DNA of 64,000 bases from Planctomycetota bacterium (lineage in GTDB: Bacteria > Planctomycetota > UBA11346), in the NCBI GenBank assembly GCA_038231435.1, contig JBBRLJ010000001.1:224001-288000 (forward strand), given 5' to 3'. The first letter of the stretch is position 1, and each line of letters opens with the position of its first letter. Positions 6,894 to 15,089 of the stretch are shown one piece after another. A program made the position numbers and the translations under genes. Below the pieces are notes generated by a model. That model had not been told where the DNA came from. It did no database searches and worked only from the letters and a program-made list of their open reading frames with translations.

Positions 6894-9656
6894 TCAGCCC
6901 CGCGCGCTGACCGATCGAATGACCTGCTCCGCAGCCGCGGTACGTTCGTCCGCTGCCATCACCACCAGTCCGGCGAGGCGATCCTTCCAGGCGGCGAGGA
7001 AGCGCAGCACGCCCTTCACGTCCTCGCTGGTATCGGTACGCAGCCGCTGCTTGAGCCGCTCGGGCACCGACAGCGCGGGCAGTTCGTTGTCGAGCTCGTC
7101 AGCGGTGGCCGCGTCGGGAAGCAGCAGCACCTCGGCGAACAGCGGCGTCTTCGTCGCGGTGGCAGCCATGAAGGCGCGGAACCGCGCCGGCTCGTAGATG
7201 GGCTGGATGGTGAGGAAATCCGCTCCGGCGGCGACGTACTCGTCGATGCGGCCGGCATCGCCTTCGCGCACGCGCACGCCCACGGCGAAAGCGGTGGCCT
7301 CGTCGAGGCGGCTGCCGGCCAGGTCGCGGCCACCGTTGAGCCGCTTGAGCGCACGCACCAGGCTCGCCGGATCCGCCCCCGGCGACTGCGTGTCCGCGCG
7401 CGAAGTGCCGGAGAACACCCCAGAATCGATCAGCGCCAGGCGCAAGCCGAGCAGGTGCGAGGTGAGCGCCGCGTCTTGCGCCTGCGCGAGCGTGGTGTCG
7501 CCGGCGATGAACTCGAGCACGCCCGGCCGGCCGCTGGCGTCCTGCAGGTGGCGCAGCAGCGCTCCCAGACGCGCGCCGCGCGGCGAGCCGGGCCAGCCAC
7601 CGAGCAGGCCCACCGCATCTGCCCCGGCCGCGGCGAGCCGCGAGGCCGCCGCGACGGCCTCGCCCGGGGCGAGCCTGCCGGGCAGCATGGCGATGACCGG
7701 AAAGCCGCCACGAGCCACCTTGGCCAGGAGCGGTTGGATCGCCAGCGGAGCCGGTACCACGGCCACGATGGCCGGAGCGGGCGCCGCTTTGGCCACCGGT
7801 TTTCCAGCGAAGGCCCCCGAGACCGCGCGGATGTGTTCCGGGCCCACGCCGCAGCAACCACCCACCACGGCGACTCCGGAGGCGAGGTATTCGCGCACGC
7901 GCTCGACCAGGTAGTCGGGTCGCAGGTGGTAGCGCAGCCGCCCGGCCTCGGTGGTCGGGAAGCCGGCGTTCGGACGGGCGACCACGGGTAGGCGCGTCAG
8001 GCGCGCGAGCTCGGCGACCACCGGTGCGAGCGCGCGCGGGCCGCCCGCGCAGTTCACCCCCACCGCCGCTGCACCGCCTGATTCCATCGCCCGCGCGAAT
8101 TCGCCGAGCTCGATCGGATCGGCGCGTTCGATGCTGCGACAGGCGAACACCGGCAGGCGCGAGACGCGCCGCACCGCAGCGAGGGCCGCGGCGGCCTCGG
8201 TGGTCGAGGGCATGGTCTCGAGCGCGAAGCCGTCGGCGTTGGCGTCGGCCATCGCGAGCGCGACCTCGGCGAAGGCCTCTTCCGCCTCGGCGGCGGTGAT
8301 GTCCGCCCCGACCACGCGGCCGAGAGGGCCGATCGAGCCGAGCACGAACACCGCGCGACCTCCGGCCGCGAGGGCGGCCTGGCGCGCGAGCTGGATGCCG
8401 GCTGAAGCGAGGCGCACGGCCTCCTCGCGACCGCCGGGTAGGCGCCAGCGATTGGCGCCGAAGGTGTTGGCGGTGATCGCCTCGGCGCCGGCGTCCACGT
8501 AGGCGCGGTGCACGGCGAGCACCAGATCCGGATGATCGACGTTCGCGCGCGCGATCGCGCTGGCGGGGATGCCGCGCGCGATCAGCTCGCTGCCGGTGGC
8601 GCCATCGAGCACCAGCACGCCCTGCGCCAGCCGGCGCTCGAGCGGCGAGCGCAACGGCTGCGATCCCGGCACCGCGACCAGGTGCCGCGACAGCAGCATG
8701 GCGATGCGTTCGGCCGCGCCGCGCGGCAGACCCTCGGCCGCCGGGCCGATGACGCGCGCGATCGAGGCGGCGTCGAAGGCGGGCATCGACGAGCTCAGGC
8801 GCTCGGCGGCGGCGACGGTGGATTCGAGCAGGATGGTGGTGGTGAGCGAACCCACGCCGCCGGGCACCGGGGTGATCGCGAGCGCCACCGCCGACACGTC
8901 CGCGGCGACGTCGCCTACGGTCTCGGACTTGCCATCCTTACCGGCGATGCGGTTGATGCCGACATCGATGACCACCGCTCCTGGCTTGATGTGCTCGGCG
9001 GTGATCAGGCCGGCCTTGCCGACCGCGACCACCACCAGATCGGCGGCGCGGGTGTGCGCCTTCAGATCGCGGGTGTGGATATGGCAGGTGGTGACCGTGG
9101 CACCGGCGCCCAGCAACAGCTGGGCGATCGGCTTGCCGACGATCACCGAGGCGCCGACGACGCAGGCCTCGATGCCCGCGAGATCGGCGCGGCCGAGCCC
9201 TTCCTGCGCCAGCGTGAACGCCGACAGAGCGGTACACGGCGCGAGCGCCTGACGCCCGGCGAGCAGCAATCCGAGGTTGGCGGGGTTGACCCCTTCGACG
9301 TCCTTGTCCGGGCTGAGCTGGGCCTGCGCCTGGAGGTCGCTCAGCTCCTTGGGCAACGGGCTCTGCAGGATGATGCCGTGCACCAATGGATCCAGATTCA
9401 GGGCCTCGATCGCCTCGCCGAGATCCTCCTGGGTCGCACCAGCGGGCAGCTCGACGATGCGGTGGCGGATGCCCACGGCTGCGCACGCGGTCGCCTGATT
9501 GCGCAGGTACACCGACCAGCCATGGTCGGCGCGCGCGGTGATCGCCACCAGGCACGGCGCGATCGAGCGCGCCGCCAGCGCCTGGACCTTCTCGGCCAGC
9601 CGCGCGCGCCGCGCGTCGGACACCGCCTTGCCGTCGATGATGCGAGCGTTCGCCAC
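6894..9656 (-). CDS. Fusion: FolD + homocysteine S-methyltransferase + degenerate MTHFR-like domain
   Basis: FolD: IIDGK, GIILQSPLP, KDVEG, PCT, GASVIVGKP, DVGIN, TPVPGGVG. HMT: VLDGATGSEL, NTFGAN, GSIGP, GVNC, PNAG, GGCCG. C-terminal YitJ-like: LNGGRDLAG, AGADFLTIQPIY, NELP. Confidence 0.9.
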   Translation of the reverse strand: MANARIIDGKAVSDARRARLAEKVQALAARSIAPCLVAITARADHGWSVYLRNQATACAAVGIRHRIVELPAGATQEDLGEAIEALNLDPLVHGIILQSPLPKELSDLQAQAQLSPDKDVEGVNPANLGLLLAGRQALAPCTALSAFTLAQEGLGRADLAGIEACVVGASVIVGKPIAQLLLGAGATVTTCHIHTRDLKAHTRAADLVVVAVGKAGLITAEHIKPGAVVIDVGINRIAGKDGKSETVGDVAADVSAVALAITPVPGGVGSLTTTILLESTVAAAERLSSSMPAFDAASIARVIGPAAEGLPRGAAERIAMLLSRHLVAVPGSQPLRSPLERRLAQGVLVLDGATGSELIARGIPASAIARANVDHPDLVLAVHRAYVDAGAEAITANTFGANRWRLPGGREEAVRLASAGIQLARQAALAAGGRAVFVLGSIGPLGRVVGADITAAEAEEAFAEVALAMADANADGFALETMPSTTEAAAALAAVRRVSRLPVFACRSIERADPIELGEFARAMESGGAAAVGVNCAGGPRALAPVVAELARLTRLPVVARPNAGFPTTEAGRLRYHLRPDYLVERVREYLASGVAVVGGCCGVGPEHIRAVSGAFAGKPVAKAAPAPAIVAVVPAPLAIQPLLAKVARGGFPVIAMLPGRLAPGEAVAAASRLAAAGADAVGLLGGWPGSPRGARLGALLRHLQDASGRPGVLEFIAGDTTLAQAQDAALTSHLLGLRLALIDSGVFSGTSRADTQSPGADPASLVRALKRLNGGRDLAGSRLDEATAFAVGVRVREGDAGRIDEYVAAGADFLTIQPIYEPARFRAFMAATATKTPLFAEVLLLPDAATADELDNELPALSVPERLKQRLRTDTSEDVKGVLRFLAAWKDRLAGLVVMAADERTAAAEQVIRSVSARG

Positions 9657-9824
9657 GGCACGAATCTACGATCCGGCGGCGTGGAACAACCTCGACCACC
9701 GGAGCCCGGGAGCGGAGCGGACCGCCACGAAGCCACGAGAACGTCCGACGGGCGTGGTGTTCCGATCCCTCCCACTCCGACGGATTCCCCTGGCCCGGCT
9801 GGCTGCCTTTTCCAGACTCGCGCG

Positions 9825-11177
9825 ATGCTCGCGTGGCACCTCGGCATCCGCTATCTGCGCACGCGTCGCGCGGCTTGGCTCGCCCTGGCGGCGATCACTC
9901 TGACCGTGGCTGCTCCAGTGACGGTCATCGGGGTGATGCAGGGCTTCCTCGACGTGCTGCGCCGACAGGCGCGCGCCAGCGAGAGCGACGTCACGGTGTA
10001 TCAATCGTGGGGTGGCCCAGGGATCGCCGATTCGCGCGAGCGACGCCAGCAGCTGCTCGACGTCGATGGCGTCGCCGCGGTCGGCCCGTTCGTGCAGCTG
10101 TACGCGCTGATGACCCCCACGTTCATCGGCGACCAGTCGTCGTACGGCCTGCCTTGCCAGATCGACGCCATCGACTGGCGCGCCGATGAGATCATCGGCC
10201 GCCTGCGGCCAGGGCTCCTGCATCCCCAGCCAGTCGAGGATCTCAGCGCCCCGCCGCTCAAGCCCAGCGAGCGCGGCAGCGGATTCCTGACTCCTGCCTG
10301 GCGTGATGAGCTCAGCCTGATCGGCTTGCGCCTGGCGCCCGCGCTCGGACTCGGGCCCCTGCCTCCGCCTCCGCGCCAGCTGCCCCCTCCGGGAGTGGTC
10401 GCGGGACGCGAGCTGCTCTACGGCAGCGGGCTCGGCGTGGGTGAACGGGTGGAGCTGGTCGGTTCGGCGCACATCGCCAAGACTGCCGAGATCAGCGACA
10501 CCATCGGCACCGGCATCCTCGAGATCGACAAGCTGTCGTTGATCGTGCCGTTGGGGTTGGGGCAGGAGCTCGCCGACTTCACGCCCACCAAGGGCCGGCC
10601 ATTGCGCGTCGATGGCTACCGACTGCAGGCCAGGCCCGATGTCGATCTCGACAAACTCGCGAGCCGGGTCCATGAAATCAGCGGCCGGCGCGCCGACACC
10701 TGGCTGCACCGGCGCGCGAACATGGTGAAGAGCCTGGAGTACCAGCGCAACATCATGGCCTTCGTCATGCTCGCCATCCAGGCGATCGCGGTGTTCGTGG
10801 TCTATGCGGTCTTCAGCACGCTGGTCGCCGAGAAGCGCCACGACATCGGCGTGCTGCTGGGTATCGGCGCGCGTCGCCGCGACATCGCCTACGCATTCCT
10901 CATCGCCGGCATCGCCGCCTGTGGATTCGGTGGCGCGCTCGGCTGGGGCATCGGCTGGGGCCTGCTCGCCTTCCTGAACTTCCTCAGCAAGCACTACGGC
11001 CTGCTGCTCTTCCCGCAGGACGTGTTCTACAGCCCAGACACGCCGATCAGCTGGGATGCTCGCATCCCCTTGTTCTTCATCGCCGCGATGGGCATCATCG
11101 GCCTGGCCGCCGCCGCGCTGCCGGCATGGCGGGCCTCGCGCATCGCGCCAGTGGACATCCTGCGGGAGGGCGGCTGA
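9825..11177 (+). CDS. LolC/E-family ABC transporter permease
   Basis: LGIRYLR N-terminus, VIGVMQGF, VAEKRHDIGVLLGIGA, PAWRASRIAPVDILR. Confidence 0.88.
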   Translation: MLAWHLGIRYLRTRRAAWLALAAITLTVAAPVTVIGVMQGFLDVLRRQARASESDVTVYQSWGGPGIADSRERRQQLLDVDGVAAVGPFVQLYALMTPTFIGDQSSYGLPCQIDAIDWRADEIIGRLRPGLLHPQPVEDLSAPPLKPSERGSGFLTPAWRDELSLIGLRLAPALGLGPLPPPPRQLPPPGVVAGRELLYGSGLGVGERVELVGSAHIAKTAEISDTIGTGILEIDKLSLIVPLGLGQELADFTPTKGRPLRVDGYRLQARPDVDLDKLASRVHEISGRRADTWLHRRANMVKSLEYQRNIMAFVMLAIQAIAVFVVYAVFSTLVAEKRHDIGVLLGIGARRRDIAYAFLIAGIAACGFGGALGWGIGWGLLAFLNFLSKHYGLLLFPQDVFYSPDTPISWDARIPLFFIAAMGIIGLAAAALPAWRASRIAPVDILREGG

Positions 11178-11839
11178 TGCGCCTCGAGGTCGCTGGCGTG
11201 CGCAAGGCCTATCCGGGTCTCGAGGTCCTGCGCGGACTCGACCTGCGGGTCGATGCCGGCGAGGTGGTCGCGATCCGCGGCACCTCGGGCACCGGCAAGA
11301 GCACGCTGCTGCACTGCCTCGGCCTGCTCGACACCCCGGACAGCGGCACCATCTCGCTCGATGGCTCGGAGCTCAGCGCGCTATCGCCGTCGCGTCGCGC
11401 CGAGATGCGCGCGCGCCGCATCGGCTTCGTCTTCCAGGCCTTCAACCTGCTGCCCGAATTCACCGTGCTCGAGAACGTGCTGATGACCGCGCGCACTGCC
11501 GGCCTGCCGCTGATCGCGGCGCGCGGCCACGCGCTCGCGCTGCTCGACCGGGTCGGCCTCGGCGGACGCGGCTGGAGCGCCATCTCGACGCTCTCGGGTG
11601 GCGAGCGCCAGCGCGTGGCGTTGTGCCGCGCGCTGCTGCCGCGCCCTGCCCTGCTCCTCGCCGACGAACCCACTGGCAACCTCGACCCCGCCACCGCCGC
11701 GGTGGTGCTCCATCAGCTGCTCGAACTCGCCCACTCCGACGGCTCCTCGGTGGTGATCGTCACCCACGACCCGACCATCGCCGACCAGGCCGGGCGGCGT
11801 TTGGAGCTGCGCGACGGCAAGCTCCATCCCTCCGCCTGA
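11177..11839 (+). CDS. lolD: LolD-type ABC transporter ATP-binding protein
   Basis: GTSGTGKST, IGFVFQAFNLLPEFT, LSGGERQR, ADEPTGNLD, VTHD; TGATG coupling to the permease. Confidence 0.88.
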   Translation: MRLEVAGVRKAYPGLEVLRGLDLRVDAGEVVAIRGTSGTGKSTLLHCLGLLDTPDSGTISLDGSELSALSPSRRAEMRARRIGFVFQAFNLLPEFTVLENVLMTARTAGLPLIAARGHALALLDRVGLGGRGWSAISTLSGGERQRVALCRALLPRPALLLADEPTGNLDPATAAVVLHQLLELAHSDGSSVVIVTHDPTIADQAGRRLELRDGKLHPSA

Positions 11840-11977
11840 ATCCGCGACCTGCCCTCGTCCCGAATTGCGGCGCCGGGCGCGCACGGGCACCGGCCACGAT
11901 ACCGTCGACCGACGGAACGGGCAGGCTTGCGCCCCTAGGCAGCTCTCCTAGCATGCCCGCTCCGCCGTGCGGAGCAC

Positions 11978-12053
11978 GGCCTCGTAGCTCAGTTGGTAGA
12001 GCAGCGGATTGAAAATCCGCGTGTCGCTGGTTCGATTCCGGCCGAGGCCACCA
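11978..12053 (+). tRNA. tRNA-Phe (GAA)
   Basis: GGCCTCG/CGAGGCC acceptor, AGCTCAGTTGGTAGAGC D-arm, GCGGA-TTGAAAA-TCCGC anticodon arm, GGTTCGATTCC, encoded CCA. Confidence 0.97.
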
Positions 12054-12079
12054 TCATCGGTGTGGACGACGAAGAATAG

Positions 12080-12111
12080 GAAGACCTCGCCGCAGCAGTG
12101 GCGGGGTCTTC
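12080..12111. terminator. Hairpin downstream of tRNA-Phe
   Basis: GAAGACCTCGCC-N8-GGCGGGGTCTTC stem between convergent units. Confidence 0.55.
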
Positions 12112-12149
12112 GCCTTGATGCGGGCGGCGGCGCAGCGCAGATCGATGGC

Positions 12150-12620
12150 TCAGTGCTCGTCCTTGAAGCACTGCAGGTACCACTGCAGGCAGCGCAGGTG
12201 GCCGCCCCAGTGCGTCTCGAAGCCGATGCGGAAATGCCACAGCGCGTCGTTGCGGCTGGTGTGGTCCCAGCACCACGCGACGTCGGTGAGGTCGCGGGCG
12301 ATATCGGTGATGTCGTCGATCGCGTCCCCCTGCAGCAAGGGCGAGGTCATCAGCTGGCTGGTGACGAATTCGGGGACGTTGTAGGTGCCGAAGTGGGGAA
12401 AACGTCGGGTCGCGAGCTCGCGCAGGGGCGCGTAATCGATGCTCGGCGGATCCGGATGGTTGTCCTCGAACTGGTAGTGCGACTCGCGATAGGCGACCGC
12501 GAGGTGATCGAGGATCAACTCGAGCGATTCGATGTCGGTCTCCGCAGAGCCGGTGCCGCGATGGATCAGGTCGAGGTAGTCCGCGACCGTCTTCTTTATC
12601 TCGGCGTGGTTCATCGGCAT
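12150..12620 (-). CDS. DUF5063-like hypothetical protein
   Basis: GDAIDDITDIARDL...ALWHFRIGFETHWGGHL resembles the family pattern (from memory). Confidence 0.65.
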   Translation of the reverse strand: MPMNHAEIKKTVADYLDLIHRGTGSAETDIESLELILDHLAVAYRESHYQFEDNHPDPPSIDYAPLRELATRRFPHFGTYNVPEFVTSQLMTSPLLQGDAIDDITDIARDLTDVAWCWDHTSRNDALWHFRIGFETHWGGHLRCLQWYLQCFKDEH

Positions 12621-12695
12621 CTGCGGCGAGCTCCTTGGCGATCCACGGACAGCTGCCGTCTGATGCGCGTACGAATGAGCGGCCGGCTCTGCGGG

Positions 12696-12971
12696 TCAGT
12701 CGTCATATCGCGGGATGATGAAGAGTTCGCAGGTGGGGCAATACCGGGCGTCGACGCTTCCCGATGACAGGAAGCCCTTGCGGATCACCGGGATGTTGCC
12801 GATCCAGAGGAACTTCTTGAGCGCGGATACGGTGGCGTCGAACCAATAGACCCCGGCCTGAGACTTCACGCAACCGCGCTTGAGCTGATCAAGGCCGCAG
12901 AAGGGGCAGGTCTCGCAGTCGGAGAACGGTATGGCGCGCGAGGTCAGGCTTGCGGCCGGATCGGTCATCAT
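12696..12971 (-). CDS. Small zinc-ribbon hypothetical protein (DUF6487-like)
   Basis: CPFCG..LKRG....GVYW...ARYCPTCELFII, two CxxC pairs. Confidence 0.65.
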   Translation of the reverse strand: MMTDPAASLTSRAIPFSDCETCPFCGLDQLKRGCVKSQAGVYWFDATVSALKKFLWIGNIPVIRKGFLSSGSVDARYCPTCELFIIPRYDD

Positions 12972-12983
12972 GGCGCGCGACTT

Positions 12984-13048
12984 TCGACCGTGTGCTCGAC
13001 CGTGTGCTCGACCGTGTGCTCGACCGTGTGCTCGACCGTGTGCTCGAC
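12984..13048. repeat. Perfect tandem 12-mer TCGACCGTGTGC x5.4
   Basis: Read directly; intergenic; no spacers. Confidence 0.95.
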
Positions 13049-13110
13049 TGCGTGATCGGCCGCGTGATCAGCTGCATGAACGGCCCCGCCATGGCCGGCC
13101 GGTCGCGTGC

Positions 13111-13536
13111 TCATGCGGGACGAGCGGAGCGCTCCAGCAGGCGCAGCCGCTCCCCTTCGTTATGCGCGACCACGAACACGATCTTCCAGTCGGGACCGAT
13201 CTTCTTCACCACGTAAGTGTTGTCGAAGCGGATGATCTCCGAACCATCGGCGCGCAGCATCGTCCACTCGATGTCGGTGATGGCGTGGTCGGACGCATAG
13301 AGGTTTGGTATGAGCTTGGTGATCCGCACCCGCGACATGCCGAGTTTCGAATATTTCTCGAGCAGCTGTTCGATGCCCGCCCGGGCGTCTTCCCGGCTTG
13401 AGACCGTGAGCAGGAACCCCGAGCCGGTGATGCCGCACGGCTCCGCGAACAGGCCGCAGATTTCGTCGAGGTTGCCGTGGCTGAACGCGGTTGCGTAGCT
13501 GCCGAAGAACTGGGCCATCTCGACGCTCGTGGTCAT
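13111..13536 (-). CDS. NTF2/SnoaL-like protein
   Basis: FFGSYATAFSHGNLDEICGLFAEP...NTYVVKKIGPDWKIVFV fits the NTF2-fold pattern. Confidence 0.75.
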   Translation of the reverse strand: MTTSVEMAQFFGSYATAFSHGNLDEICGLFAEPCGITGSGFLLTVSSREDARAGIEQLLEKYSKLGMSRVRITKLIPNLYASDHAITDIEWTMLRADGSEIIRFDNTYVVKKIGPDWKIVFVVAHNEGERLRLLERSARPA

Positions 13537-13725
13537 GCTTACCGAATGGTAGCGATGGCCTTGCAGCTAACAACCGCAGCCTAAATGTCACTTTAGGGAC
13601 TGCCGGAGCGTGGCCGCTGCAGGCCGTCATGGGCGACTGTGGATCATGCTGGTGGGAAGCTCCGCCCATCTGTTCTTGCCCCACCCCGGTGGACGGCGAA
13701 CGTGGGCGGATGCATCAGGCAGACG

Positions 13726-14061
13726 ATGGACACACCTGACATCTTGAGGGCATACGACGTCGCCGTCGACGGTCCGCGCCTGGTGATCACCATCCGCAAA
13801 GAGTTCGACTTCGGCAACCTGCATCAGGACTGGGCGCACGCGATCACCATCCAGCACCCCGGGCCCTTCAGCGAAGTCGTCATCGACCTCTCGCGCTGCG
13901 GCATCGTCAGCTCGACCTTCTTCGCCGGGCTGATGCAGCTGCACAACCGCTATGTCCCGGCCGGCACCCAGCCCCTAGTGCTGGTGAAGCCCGACAACCG
14001 CGTGCTGCGCACGCTGACCATGATGCGCCTGGACAAGCTGTTCACCATCCAGCCGCGATGA
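13726..14061 (+). CDS. STAS-domain protein (anti-sigma antagonist-like)
   Basis: VVIDLSRCGIVSSTFFAGL...VLRTLTMMRLDKLFTI; ATGA overlap with the next gene. Confidence 0.8.
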   Translation: MDTPDILRAYDVAVDGPRLVITIRKEFDFGNLHQDWAHAITIQHPGPFSEVVIDLSRCGIVSSTFFAGLMQLHNRYVPAGTQPLVLVKPDNRVLRTLTMMRLDKLFTIQPR

Positions 14062-15083
14062 CCTCTGCCTCGTCGCTACCGGGCGTGGCGCCCGTGACGA
14101 TAACCGGCAGCGATCCGGCGCGCGCGGTGACGTTCGATCCCCCCCTGCTGCTCGCGCCCATGGAAGGCGTCACCGATCCGGTGTTCCGCGACCGCGTGAT
14201 CGCGGTGGGTGGAGTCGGCGGCTCGTGCACCGAGTTCATCCGCGTATCCAGTTCGGCCATCCCCGCGCGCGTGGTGCGCAAGTATCTCGGCCCGCTGCGC
14301 ACGGACTGCCCGGTGGGCGTGCAGCTGATGGCAGCCGACGAGGGCTTCCTGGCCGAAACAGTGGCGTCTGCCGAGCGCGCCGGCGCCTCGTACATCGACC
14401 TGAACTTCGGCTGTCCGGCGCCGGTCGTGTTCAACAAGTGCGCCGGCTCGGCGATGTTGGCGAAGCCCGAGGCCATGGCGCGCATCATCCGCATCGCGAT
14501 CGGCGCGACCAGTCTGCCGGTGAGCGCAAAGATGCGTGCCGGCATCGAGTCGAGCGAGCGCATGACCGAGGTCCTGCACGCTGTGGCCGAGGCGGGCGCG
14601 GCGATGATCGCCCTGCACGCGCGCCTGCGCCGCCACAGCTACGCCGAGCCCGCCACCTGGAGCTGGATCGCTGACGCCAGATCCTTCCTGCGGCGCGGGG
14701 GCTTCGCCGTTCCGCTGATCGGCAATGGCGGCGTGGATGTGGCGGAAGACGTCGGGCGCATGCGCGCGCAGACCGGCTGCGATGGCGTCATGGTCGGGCG
14801 AGCCGCCCTGGCAGATCCCTGGATCTTCCGCCAGGCTGGCGGCGGGGCAGCCCCGACAGTGGCCGAGGCCGCTGGATTCGCGCTCGGCTACGCCGACGCG
14901 GTGGTCGCCGAGCGCGGCGAGCGCGTGGCGCTGTCCAAGCTCAAGCAGCTGGTGCGGTACTACCGCTGCGGCGGCATCTTCGCCGGCCGCGAGAACGACC
15001 GCCAGCTGCTGCTGCGTAGCGATTCACTGACGAACGTGCGCGCCTGGTTCACGGCCATCGCCCAGGCGGCCGTTCCCGGCTGA
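14058..15083 (+). CDS. tRNA-dihydrouridine synthase family protein
   Basis: LAPMEGVTD, CTEFIRV, IDLNFGCP, GSAML, HARL, GNGG, DGVMVGRAALADPWIF. Confidence 0.92.
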   Translation: MTSASSLPGVAPVTITGSDPARAVTFDPPLLLAPMEGVTDPVFRDRVIAVGGVGGSCTEFIRVSSSAIPARVVRKYLGPLRTDCPVGVQLMAADEGFLAETVASAERAGASYIDLNFGCPAPVVFNKCAGSAMLAKPEAMARIIRIAIGATSLPVSAKMRAGIESSERMTEVLHAVAEAGAAMIALHARLRRHSYAEPATWSWIADARSFLRRGGFAVPLIGNGGVDVAEDVGRMRAQTGCDGVMVGRAALADPWIFRQAGGGAAPTVAEAAGFALGYADAVVAERGERVALSKLKQLVRYYRCGGIFAGRENDRQLLLRSDSLTNVRAWFTAIAQAAVPG

Positions 15084-15089
15084 CCCGGA

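Noticed and set aside
8508..9824. N-terminal extension of the 889-aa ORF 8508..11177
   Set aside because: Antisense to the FolD fusion; the LolC/E-like sequence starts at 9825
9657..9824. ZTP, THF or SAM riboswitch upstream of the FolD fusion
   Set aside because: No consensus elements recognised on either strand; an Rfam/Infernal scan would be decisive
12984..13048. Possible CRISPR array
   Set aside because: 12-bp units are contiguous with no spacers, and there are no cas genes in the window
11978..13700. Prophage or integrative element at tRNA-Phe
   Set aside because: No integrase and no convincing duplication of the tRNA 3' end seen by eye
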